64,000 nucleotides of DNA from Gracilinanus agilis. Taxonomy: Eukaryota. The DNA is taken from NCBI RefSeq assembly GCF_016433145.1, contig NC_058131.1:35793650-35857649 (forward strand). The letters are read 5' to 3'. Within the stretch, counting starts at the first letter, position 1. Each line of letters starts with the position of its first letter. A program made the position numbers and the translations under genes. A model generated the notes under the pieces. That model was not told where the DNA came from, ran no database searches, and saw nothing but the letters and a program-made list of their open reading frames with translations. This document shows positions 1 through 11,128 of the stretch, one piece after another.

Positions 1-677
1 AAGGTTACATTTATTATTTCTGCTCTTTTGCATTTGTTTGCAATGATTCTATGCCCTGTAACATGGTCAATCTTTGTGAATGTGCCATGTGCAGCTGAAA
101 AGAAGGTGTATTCCTTTTTGTCCCTATTTATTTTTCTCCACATATGAATTAAATCTAATTTTTCTAGGACTTCATTCACCTCTCTTACCTCTTTCTTATT
201 TATTTTTCGGTTTGATTTATCTAGATCTGACAGAGGAATATTTAGATCTCCCACTAGTATGGTTTTACTATCTATTTCCTTCTTGAGCTCTGCCAGTTTC
301 TCCTTTATGAATTTGGGTGCTATGCCACTTGGTGCATACATATTGAGCAGTGTTATTTCCTCATTGTTTATACTGCCTTTAATCAGGATGTAATGACCTT
401 CCCTGTCTTTTTTAATCATATCTATTTTTACTTTGGCTTTGTCAGAAATCATAATAGCCACTCCTGCCTTCTTTTTCTCATTTGATGCCCAAAAGATTTT
501 GCTCAAGCCGTGAACCTTAAACTTGTGTATGTCCACCCGTCTCATATGTGTTTCTTGTAGACAACATATGGTAGGATTTTGGTTTCTAATCCACTCTGCT
601 ATTTGCTTCTGTTTTATGGGCGAGTTCATCCCATTGACATTCAGAGTTATAATCATCAGTTGTGCATTTGCTGACAT
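1..677 (-). CDS. L1 ORF2p N-terminal APE endonuclease domain (partial, open to window edge)
   Basis: Manual translation from ATG 677 gives MSANAQLMIITLNVNG..CCLQETH..LVGDLN..EYTFFSAAHGTFTKIDH with no stop through base 1. It is missing from the ORF track because there is no stop inside the window. Confidence 0.93.
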   Translation of the reverse strand, partial: MSANAQLMIITLNVNGMNSPIKQKQIAEWIRNQNPTICCLQETHMRRVDIHKFKVHGLSKIFWASNEKKKAGVAIMISDKAKVKIDMIKKDREGHYILIKGSINNEEITLLNMYAPSGIAPKFIKEKLAELKKEIDSKTILVGDLNIPLSDLDKSNRKINKKEVREVNEVLEKLDLIHMWRKINRDKKEYTFFSAAHGTFTKIDHVTGHRIIANKCKRAEIINVT

Positions 678-1391
678 TTTCGTTTCCTCCCTATTCCTAC
701 CCCTTCTCCTTAAACTATTTCCTTTAAAACCAGTGGTTTGCTATTAAGACCCTATCCCTTATCCCCTCCCTTGACTAACTTCCCTTCCTACCCCCTTCCT
801 TATTTCCCCCCCTTTTTGTTTTTAACGGCCTTATGAATTCCCTCCCCCTTCTTCTCCCCTCCCTTTTTTTGACCTCCCCACTCCTCTGTTTCCCTTGATT
901 TATCCCTTCTGACTTTCTCAGAAGGGTTTGATAAAAGTTTTATGTCCCAATGGATAGTATAGCTACTCTTCCCTCTCCGGGTTGATTACTCTGAGAGTAA
1001 GGTTTGATTATTACCTCTTAATGCTCTCTTCCTCTCCTTCTTATAATAGTATTTGTCCCCTCTCCTTCCCATGCCCTCTTTGTGTGTAATAGAATATCCT
1101 ATTTTTCTTATTCACTCAAGTTTCTCTTGGTGTCCCCTGCTATTCACCCCTTCTTTCCCATCCCCCATGTCATCTTAGATTATTTAGTGTTCCACCCTCA
1201 CCCAATGAATTATTTTTCTGATTACTATAATAGTGAATACTATAATAGTGAATAGATTTCACTACAGAGAATTATACATAACATTTCTCTACATAGGAAT
1301 ACAGATAATTAGATCTTACTAAGGCCCTTAAAAAGGCAAATTTAAAAATTATTAGTTTTCTTTCTTTCCCCTCTGTTTCTTATTTAACTTT

Positions 1392-2404
1392 TCATGTTTC
1401 TCTTGATTTTTGTGGTTGGATATCAAACTTTCCATTTAGCCCTGGTCTTTTCTGTGCAAATACTTGGAATTCTTCAATTTTGTTGAATGCCCATACTTTC
1501 CCCTGGAAATATATAGTCCATTTTAATGGGTAGTTGATCCGTGGTTGCAGGCCCAGCTCTCTTGACTTTCTGAATATCGTATTCCAAGCCTTGCGATCTT
1601 TTAGCGTGGAGGCTGCCAGATCCTGTGTGATGCTGATTGGTGCTCCTTGATATTTGAATTGTCTCTTTCTGGCTTCTTGTAAGATTTTTTCCTTTGCTTG
1701 AAAGCTCTTGAATTTTGCAATTATATTTCTGGCCGTTTTCTTATCTGGATCGAATGTAGTGGGTGTTCTATGAATCCTTTCAATGTCTATATTCCCCTCT
1801 TGTTGTAGGACTTCAGGGCAATTTTGCTGAATAATTTCTTTTAGTATGGAGTCCAGGTTTCTATTAATTTCTGGTTTTTCTGGAAGACCAATTTTCTCAA
1901 ATTGTCTCTTCTAGCCTGGTTTTCTTGGTCTGTCACTCTCTCATTGAGATATTTCATATTTCCTTCTATTTTTTCAGTCTTTTGACTTTGTTTTATTTGT
2001 TCTTGTTGTCTTGAGAGATCATTAGCTTCTAACTGCTCAATTCTTGCCTTTAGGGACTGGTTTTCAGCTATGATCTTTTGGTTTTCTTTTTCAATCTGGT
2101 TCAATTTGCTTATCAGTTCATTTGATTTCTGAGCCTCACTTTCCAATTGCAAGATTTTACCTTTTAAACTGTTATTTTCTTGCCAGATCTCTTCCATCTT
2201 CCTCAGAATCTCAGTTGTGAACTCTTCCATAGCTTGTGAGGAGTTTTCCTTATTTGAGGAGGGTCCGGATGCTTGTTTGTTCTCCTCCTCTGTTTGCTTG
2301 GTTGTCTGGATTTTCTCTGTGTAAAAGTTGTCGAGTGTTAAAGACTTCCTTTTCTTGTTGTTTATCTTTCTCTTCTGAACTTCCTGAGTCTGGGTAGCCA
2401 TCAT
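1392..2404 (-). pseudogene. L1 ORF1p with a single 1-nt deletion
   Basis: ORF 1841..2404 has a coiled coil up to RRDNLR. A frameshift near 1893 (expected R-I-I-G-L-P-E) is followed by RRM/CTD sequence (IERIHR, PRNIIAKF, IRITQDLA) ending KSRET* at 1392. The span of 1013 nt is 3n+2. Confidence 0.9.
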
Positions 2405-3048
2405 TAGCCCAGCAGCTTCTCAGCTTTATCCTTGTGCTTGGGGTCTGTCCGTGGATTTTGGCTTCTGAGGTCTGAGTTCTGGTTTTTTCCAAGGTCAAGC
2501 CCCCTGGTGGACCCCTTTGCTTGATCCTCTGCCAGAGGTTTCTTTACAAGTCTCAGGGCGCTGCTTCCACGGTCGTATACCCATCTGCACTGGTTCCCCA
2601 CTCAGGGTTTCAGAGCTTTAGCTCATGGCTGTGTCTGCTTCCTCCCATGCCTCCATCACTCCTGCGCTCAGAGTTCGCATGCGTTCTTTGGCTTTTTGGG
2701 GTCCCAAATCTTGCTGCTCTCAGGAACAGGCCCTGGAGCTGCCAATGACTCGATGGGTGCCCCAAACTTCCTCTATTTCTTTTTAACTGGCTTCGGCGCT
2801 ATTGGTGGTGTGTGTGGTAGAGGTGGGGGTGGGGTGGTTGCTCAGCCCGCAATTTAGTGAGAGCTGTTTCACCCCTTTATAGCATGGAAATGTCCCGATT
2901 CCACATACCTTCAATGCTGCACCCTGTTGTGGGGTTCCTCCGTTCGTCTGGACTTGTTTTTATGTCCCCTTGAGGAGTCTTGTGTGTTTTGGTCAGGAGA
3001 GGTTAAGAGCTGCTTTTTACTCTGCTGCCATCTTAACCCGGAACCCCC

Positions 3049-3480
3049 AACCATTCTTGATAAAAATACAAGATATGTATAAAAACTTTTAATTTCAAAC
3101 ATTTAAATGAAAGGATACATAAAAAGGTAAACTTGAATTAAAAATGATAAAAGACTAAACAAAGAACTAGCCTTACAGCTGACATTCATATATAGGAGAG
3201 GATAACTATGCCCCCTCAGAATCCTATCATCCTCTGGGGTCACAGAGGGAATCTACTTAGACAGGACCTGAGAGTGGTTCCCTTATGATTTGATCTTTTT
3301 TTAAATTGAAAGAAAGAAAAAAGAAGAATACTCTTGTGGTGGGTGCGTGGGGGGAAGGAAAAGGAAGGTGAGAGTTAAAGTATCTCATATAATGAAGGTA
3401 CACAAGTAGTCATCTCTGTAAGAACTAAAAATATATCTGGGCCATGATCCTGAGCTGAAAAACTGACTATATATTGACAA
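3049..3480 (+). mobile_element. Ancient L1 ORF1-end/spacer relic, part of the V duplication unit
   Basis: Aligns by eye to 36975-37370 and 55440-55570 (e.g. aatgaaggtacacaagtagtcatctctg). Confidence 0.6.
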
Positions 3481-5549
3481 ATTTATTTTATCCCTCTTCA
3501 AAAAAAGAACATGATGATTCCTAAATCTGAGTTGTTTTTAATATGAAAGCTTTCTGTAATCAATCCTGAGGTTTTTCATTTGTGGCAAGATTTCTTTGAA
3601 GGTAAGAGCTAATAACTTCAGAAGACGGTTCAGATTATCTTACAAATTAAATGAAGGTGGGCACCTTGAAGTCTAATTAATGGTGGTTTAGGAGAAAATT
3701 TCTTGAAGAAATATTGTTGTGGGGAGAAGATAGGGAAAATTTGGAAGTTAATTAGAATGTATAAAGTTTAACAAAACACTTAAGAGCTCGATAGTTTTTG
3801 GTTCTTTAATTCTATGATCTTCTTATACAACAGCCCCACTAAATATCTGGGCAATTTGTCTTAGTAGCCATGTCTGGTATGTTGAAATGATGCCTGAAGA
3901 AATCCAGTAGCTCTAATTGTATCAATCAAGTCTTGAGACAGGTTTTTACAGTGCTCACTCCAGTGGTGTTGGTCTAGTTAGTTCCTCAACCTCATTTGTA
4001 CTGCTGGTCCAGGATTCCTTCCCTGACTTGTGAGGTTACAGGGTCTTCCTTCCCTTATCTATGCTGAGGCTGTTTCTTCCACTGCCTTTAAAATCTAGGT
4101 TTTCTGTCTTCTAAAACTAAATCTTAATTCAACTCATTTCTCTTTTCTAATGGCCTTTTTTTTTGCTATATCCAGCCAGGCATTTATCTTTTCATTTGGT
4201 TGATTATTTTTTCAAAACCAACAATGATTTAGTCTCCCCAGAGAAGAGAGGTTTCTCTTGACTATAGCCACAGGGAGCAGATGCCTATTAGAGCCTTCCC
4301 AGGGGACCCTCCAAGCAGGCTTGGCAGGCCTTAGGAAGGACAGATCTCCCAACCATGAGGTCACACCTTCCTTCATATGTACCACTTAGCTAGTCTGGTC
4401 CCCATGTCCTACCTGGCACTGACTCTTGGAGGTGAGACGTGGCCTCACAGGTCTCAAACCTTCAGATCTACAAAAAAAATGATCTCCCCATCCCACTTCC
4501 TCTCCATGCTCTGCCTTCTGTCCTTGGACCACAATCTCCTTCCCCTCCTTCATCATCTTGAACTTGGCCCCTTAGTCCTCCAGCTCTGACAGGTGAGCTC
4601 TGGCTGGATCTTTTCAGAACCGAGGCCTCCACATTACTTACTTCATGATGTACCACTGGGCAATTTCCTCCCTCTTCTCCCAGGTGCTCTTATACTTACA
4701 TGTGTGAAAAAGAATTGATTCCTTCATCCATGATGTAGCCATAGTTTATTACGATCTATCTGTAATTTATTTCCAATCAGTATTTCTCTGATTATTGTGA
4801 TTGAATAAATAATTATTCAATATACCCAGAGTGTAAAGATAACCTAACGAAGAAACTTTAATCAGTTTCTATTGTGACTTTTTAGAACTGTATCCTCTGC
4901 ATATAATCCTATTAGATACCCACTGTTATTAGTGTAAGATTCGATTTAATAGTAAGCAAAAGTCCCAATTGTTGATTAGAGAATCGGGTGTAAGAATCAG
5001 TAATAAATAATCATATTGTGAGTAAAATGACATGGAAAAACTCTTCAAGGGCCTCACAAAATACCTTTGCCAAGGCAGGGTGTGCCGAGCCTTCAGTGAC
5101 CCGGAATGTGTCCAGATTGATGACGTCTCAGTTGTCTACTAAGTGACCATGTCTGTTACCACATATGGGGCAGAGAGGATGGGATTAGCCACAACAAGAA
5201 GATTCCACTTTCTTGAAGAAGGAAACTTTCTAAAAATGAGATTCAGGTTGTCCTCTCTGAGAAGAGACATTCATCTGGCCCCCATCCCATTCTGGGGGAG
5301 TTTGAGTCATCTGACTCTTCTGTGTAGACGATGTACACTTGTCCTTTCCTCAGCTCTGGGTATTAGACCTCACTACTGGGCAAGTCTTGACCTTGGTGTT
5401 ATAATTTACTGATCCAATAATAAATGTCAGTTTGGCTCAGAAAATTATTTCTTAGTATTTCTTTTTCTTTTATAATATTTACCTGTAGTCAATCCAGATT
5501 AATCATATAGGTATTGATTTTTGTTATGCTCATGTCAAGTTAAGGAGAT

Positions 5550-6135
5550 CCAGGAATCCAGAGACTCTTTACCAGATCCCAGCCCTCATCCTGATCTCAT
5601 TTTAGTGCTGAGACCCAGTTCCTGGAGATTTCATATGAATGAGAGAAGCTGCTGGGATAGAATCTGTCTTCCATACTCTGAGCTGGATCACTCTTGGCTT
5701 AAGCCTGTTGGTTTCTAGCTAAAACTTTATAATCTGAACTTCGTTCTCATTTTTGGACCAGCTAGTCAGATTTTAGTTAGCCAGAAGGGTTTAGGCAGAT
5801 AGAGAGAGTAAACAGAGTAGCCCAATGGTGTTGGGACCAAGCAGGTCCTTGCAGACCCGTATCTGAGTGGGAGGAGCTAGGACCTGGTAGCTTAGGAAAC
5901 TCTTTTTACTCTGGTTCTCTACCCATCCTGCTATTCATAAAGTAAACATCATTTATTTGAATAGCATCAAACCACAGTCAGATTTTGTGTTAAACTTACA
6001 GAGGACTGGTGTGGCTGACCCCTGGGCCTGCAAACTAGGCCAGAATCACTGTTTGGGTCATCACTGATCAAAACCTAAATCTACACTAAGGGACCTCTAT
6101 TTAGTGGGTAAAACCCCCCATTCTTTCAATATAAA
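5550..6135. mobile_element. LTR-like insertion flanked by a 38-bp direct repeat
   Basis: 5512-5549 and 6136-6173 match at 37/38. The paralogous site near 57170-57210 has one copy and no insert. The insert ends ..cccattctttca. Confidence 0.5.
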
Positions 6136-6225
6136 TATTGATTTTTGTTATGCTCATGTCAAGTTAAAGAGATTCTATCTTATATTAGGTTTTCAGGCCA
6201 TAAGAAGGAGCTTTAAGACTATACT

Positions 6226-6430
6226 GGGAAAACTAGTGGCTCAGTAGATAAAGAACCAGGCCTGGAGATGGGTGGTCCTGTGTTCAAATCTGACCTCAGA
6301 CACTTCCTAACTGTGTGACCCTGAACAAGTCACTTAATCCCCATTGCCTAGCCCTTACCACTCTTTCACTTTGGAACCAATGTCTAGTATTGATTCTAAG
6401 ATGGAAGGTGAGGTTTTTTTTTTTTTTAAA
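6226..6430 (+). mobile_element. tRNA-derived marsupial SINE
   Basis: A box (tggctcagtag), B box (gttcaaatc), core tgtgaccctg..caagtcactt and a marsupial tail. Confidence 0.85.
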
Positions 6431-6758
6431 TACTGTATATTAAGAGCCATGAGTACACTCTCTTAACCACAAAACTGTCCCAGCTAAAGAACTTCTACCC
6501 AATTTATGAGTCAATGGGAAGGATATCTCAAAGTCAGTCAGAGCACACATCACTGGATACACTCCTTTATTTAAATCTATTTCTTCTCATTTTATTTTTT
6601 CTATCTAAAGGTCCTTCCCCAAAGCTTTACTGGTGTAACTGTTTTCTTTTTTTTTTCGTATTCAGGTGTAGGAGTAGAGGGGAAATTGCTTAGTAAAACA
6701 CGTGTCTTTAAATTGGGCAAATATTCCTGCCTTTGGACAACATTTAAGATTCCATCCC

Positions 6759-7313
6759 TTGCCCTTCGATTGGGAAATGGTTGAGCAAATTGTGGTATCT
6801 GATGGTGATGGAATACTATTGTGCTGAAAAGAATAATGAACTAGAGGAATTCCATGTGAACTGGAAAGACCTCCAGGAACTGATGCAGAGTGAAAGGAGC
6901 AGAGCCAGAAGTACATTGTACACAGAGACTGATACACTGTGTGTGGTAAAATCGAATGTAATGGACTTCTGTACTAGCAGCAGTGCAATGACCCAGGACA
7001 ATTCTGAGGGACTTATGAGAAAGAATGCTGTCCAGATCCAGAGAAAGAACTGTGGGAGCAGAAACACAGAAGAAAAACAACTGCTTGATCACATGGGTCG
7101 ATGGGGATATGATTGGGGATGTAAACTTTAAGCAATCACTCTAATGCAAATATTAATGATATGGAAATAGTTCTGGATCAGTGACACATATAAAACCCAG
7201 TGGAATTGCTCCTTGGCTATGGGAGTGGGGTGGGAGGAGGGAAGGGGAAGAATATGAATCATTTAAGCATGGAAAAATTTTCTTAATCAATAAAATTCAA
7301 TTGATGGCAAAAA
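6759..7313 (+). mobile_element. 5'-truncated L1 3' fragment with 13-bp TSD
   Basis: TSD AAGATTCCATCCC at 6746-6758 and 7314-7326. The body is ORF2 C-terminus/3'UTR. The paralog at ~57988 is an empty site. Confidence 0.9.
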
Positions 7314-9900
7314 AAGATTCCATCCCCAAACTTCTGCATGTAAGATGATTTCAAAAATAATTTCTCTGCAGATTTGATACATAAGTAAATAAAGACTGAG
7401 GGAAGAAAGGGTACATGTTATCCTGCACAATTCTGATCTTCTTTTCTGGGGGCAGACTCCAATTTCCTCCTTTTCCTTCCTTTTGTCTGCTCAAATGCCT
7501 TCAGGTCTTGCCTGACAGCTCTGGCTGCTACCTTACTTTAAATCCTAATTTCCTCATAACAGTGATCAGGAGACTCCTGCTAGTTGGGAGGAGCCAATGC
7601 ATTCAGTTTACTCTCTCTTCCCTACCACGATGAGGTTTAGAGTCATACTGGAGCCTATCATTATCCTGGTTCCTGGTATTAGAATAATGCCATTTACTTC
7701 GTCCACTCTCTCATTCTCTTTTTCTTGCTACATAAATCATATCAAGGAGCAGACTCAGTGCTTAGGAGAGTTCTGTCAAAGAAGACAGGACTGAGAGATA
7801 GATGCTAGATGTCAGTAGTGGTCCTCTTCCCCCAACTCAGCAGGATGATCACACTTAATGTCAGACAAATCTTATTTCCTTTGAGATGGGGCTGCAGAGT
7901 TAGTTCATCAAGATCATGCTTTAGTAGAATTGACCTGGCTTTTGGGAAAGCATCTGAAAAAAGTCTTTGATACTCCCTATCTTGGAAAAAAATGGAGAAG
8001 AATGGGTCTATAAATTAAGGAACTGGCTAGTTGCTGGTCTCTATGCAGTCATAAAAGGTGGCAGCTTTCAAAGGAGGATTCATGTAAGGGACACAGGTTA
8101 TCTATGCTTATCCTCTGCTAGCTAACATTTTTATCCAAGTCTTGGATAAAGGTACAGATGGAAAGCCTAAGCAGATTTACATATTCTACACAACTGGGAA
8201 GGGAACTAAGACACTGAATGACAATCAGCATCCAAAAAAAAAAGGAAAGAATGAAAAAAGAGGAATACTGATGGGCTAGAACACTATTTACAGCCAGTGG
8301 GATCATTCATTTTATTTGATTATGCATATTTGTCATAAGAGTTTTGTTTTTCTTTTTTCCAAGAGTGGAAATAGGAACTGCCAGAAATAGGAGAAAAGCA
8401 TCAAAAAGAACATAAAGAAATAGTGTCAGTGAGGTGTCATTATTAATGCATAAAAGAGAACAGTAGGAAGGTCAGAAAGAAGCTGAGATGAGCAGAAGAG
8501 TTTTGAAACTTATAGGTTGAATTTATTATTTGCATAAAAACAAAAGCAAATTTACACATAATAGAAATCTTCAGCTTCATGAGCAATCCAAAGTTTCTAG
8601 CTTATTTCATATATAGAAATGCTCATTTTATTTGTTTTTTTCCTGGTACTTATTTCACTTGACATTCCTTCCTAGGTTTCTCAGGGAATGCTCCTGAACA
8701 CCAAGGAGCAATGTCATGAATAAATAAATTTCCCAAAGTGAAATTTCATATCCTATGTTTATTTTCTCCACATATCTTTTTAAAACAGATTTTCAGAATA
8801 AACCTTATTTCTAAAAAACTGGAAATACTTATTTGATCAGAGTGCTGATCAGAGGTTACTGTGGGAATGGAGGTATCAGCAAATAAGTTACTTTTGACAA
8901 AGAGGAAGAGGATTTTAACTTCTAAGATTGGTAGATAGGAGGAAGAAGGAGGGGATTAAGTTTGTGAGATTCTTAGAGACATACAGGAATATGTTTGGAC
9001 ACAGAAAGAATAGGAATCTCATCAGTCCTAAGGAGGAATGAAAATCTTCCAAAGACCTTCCAAAAATCTCAAATGAAATCAACACATTGGAGACGATCCT
9101 CTGATTCTTTATATGTCTGGAGGCTGGGAAGGTCAGCTCCTGGCCCTCTGAGGACACATTCTGGCTATCGGGCTAACCTTAGCTTCTGGTGAGAAAGTCC
9201 CACATCAGGTAATACCAAACTTCTATCTAGCAAGTTATTGATCTAAGAATATGAATCTCCTTCCATCCATCACCTTATATCTTTCCATCTCCTATGGGTC
9301 CCCTGCAGTACAATGGAATCGTGTAGGGATTGAGTTGTTTAAAGTACAGACAATGGTATGGAAATCGCAGGAACACAGGAGGAAATGCAGAGATCTGAGG
9401 AGGATCATTCCGGTTCCCCAATGGAGAGTGTCCAATTAGGCAAGCCCATTTTCCCCTCAGCCCAGGATCCACTTTGTGCTGTCCCAAGGTGGTTGTGTCT
9501 TCCTTCTCCTTCTCTGAATCTATTGCTTCACCTGTCTTGGAATTTGATCTTTTCATTCTTCTAAAATGAATTTCTCACTCAGGTCACTACCCTTTCCTAA
9601 CAACTTTTTTTGTTGTCTACAAACCAGACATCTGCTTCTCCTCTTCACTAACTTTTTAACCTAAACTCGAATTTCAACCTAGTAACTTCTGGGAAGAGAG
9701 AGAGGCCTCACTTGTTTATGACCACAAACAGTCATAGGCCATGACTTTTCTTTGTGATGCTCTACATAGAGTTGGTGGAGATGAAACTACTGAGACCATT
9801 TAAGTATGAGATAACAATCTCCAGTAAACCCAGTAGAGAGTCTGACCTTCTTCTGGGCTCTGGAGATGAAGCTGAGAGGCCTGAGGTGGTTCTGGGTCTG

Positions 9901-9952
9901 TTTTGCATGGGGAGATCTCAGCCCCCTGCACAAGGCTGTCCTGACATATAAA
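9901..9952 (+). promoter_or_regulatory. Vkappa promoter: octamer variant TTTTGCAT (9901-9908) and TATAAA (9947-9952)
   Basis: Lies ~120 nt upstream of the leader ATG, with the same arrangement at all three intact V genes. Confidence 0.8.
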
Positions 9953-10024
9953 TGCATCTCTATCCCTGTCTGTCTCATTCTGGGCTCAGAGCTCTCTGCC
10001 TGCAGCTCTACAAAGGACACAAGG

Positions 10025-10596
10025 ATGTCCCCATCCCAGCTCCTCTGCCTCCTGCTGCTCTGGGCTCAGGGTAAGACCAGCCACAGGCTAACCTGGCGGG
10101 GAGGTTCTCCAGGAGGTTCCAGAACTAGAAACCATCTGAGGAGGCAGAAGGAGAAGTTCTCTACAGCCAATGGGGATGATGTGTCAGACTCAGGCACAAA
10201 AGAGATGGTCTGAGAGGAGGGAACTCACTGGGGAATTCATAGCACCTGGATGGGGTTCTTTCTCTAAATCTGCTTTTTCTCTTTTCTTCTTTCCATGCCA
10301 GAGTCCAGGACAGCCATTGTGATGACCCAGACTCCAGCCTCCCTGTCTGTGGCTCTGGGAGAGAAAGTCACCATCAGCTGCAGGGCCAGTGAGGACATTA
10401 GGAGTTATTTAGCCTGGTACCAGCAGCCTCCAGGAAAACCTCCCAAACCTCTTATCTATCATGCTTATCATGTAGAATCAGGAGTCCCTGCCGGCTTCAG
10501 AGGCAGGAGATCTGGGACAGATTATACTCTCACAATCAGCAGTGTGAAGGCTGAAGATGTCGGACATTACTACTGTCTGCAGTATGATGATTCTCC
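10025..10596 (+). CDS. IGKV: Ig kappa-type V segment V1, apparently intact (leader 10025-10070; V exon 10302-10596)
   Basis: Leader [16 protein letters not shown]|gtaaga, phase-1 intron ending ccatgccag. V exon AIVMTQTP..C23..[14 protein letters not shown] has no stops. Confidence 0.93.
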
Positions 10597-10624
10597 CACA
10601 GTGATGGAAGCTTGAACAAAAACC
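10597..10624 (+). other. 12-RSS of V1 (consensus)
   Basis: CACAGTG + atggaagcttga (12 nt) + ACAAAAACC. A 12-nt spacer on V is the kappa-type configuration. Confidence 0.97.
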
Positions 10625-10655
10625 TCCCCAGGCTGTTGAGTCCTTCAGCTCAGGG

Positions 10656-11128
10656 CAGCAGCTGCTTCCTGCACAGCATCTGACTCAGAGTCATCAGGGA
10701 GCCCAGGGGAGGGCTGGGACTGAGAGCCCAGTTGGGGGGCCACAGAGCCCAGGCTGCCTCCTCTGACAAGCCATTGGGGAGGGCAAAGAGAGAAGAGGAG
10801 AACCTTCCCTCCAGCCTCTCTCCAGCAGCCTCAGAATCTCCTCTCACACACCTCAGAGAAGCTGGTCCCTTCCTTCCTGCCTGCTCTGCCTTCTCTCTGC
10901 CCCTTCCTGGGGGCTGCTCAGAGGAGGCTCCTCAGGGTTGATTAAGGGAAAGGCCTGGAAGGGCTCCTGGGAAGGGGCTGGCCTGACCCCTCTGAAGCTC
11001 TTCCTATAGTCTGCACTGCCTGGCAGGGCCAGGAGAGGATCCTTAGTGAGATCTTCCTGAGCATCCCATGACAAAGGACACATGAGAGTGTTTGTAACTG
11101 ACTCCAGAGAGACCCAAATGGCAGCTGA
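10656..11128 (+). repeat. Highly conserved post-RSS block (also 53839-54279 and 63579-64000)
   Basis: About 95% identical by eye in three copies. Contains CAGCTG, CATCTG and TGACTCAGAGTCA. Confidence 0.85.

Larger units (their letters stand above)
1..3048 (-). mobile_element. LINE-1, 5' half (5'UTR, ORF1, long inter-ORF spacer, ORF2 endonuclease domain); continues beyond the left edge
   Basis: The minus strand starts GGGGGTTCCGGGTTAAGATGGCAGC at 3048. ORF1 and ORF2 motifs follow in the canonical order. Confidence 0.95.

Noticed and set aside
9866-10024. Upstream in-frame ATG extending the leader by 53 codons in all three V genes, plus conserved antisense ORFs
   Set aside because: It lies upstream of the octamer and TATA, so it is outside the normal mRNA. 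Conservation is explained by the homogenised promoter block.
10295-10301. MP- start of the V ORFs (also 53477)
   Set aside because: The ATG is inside the intron's acceptor region (ccatgccag). The true start is in the leader exon.
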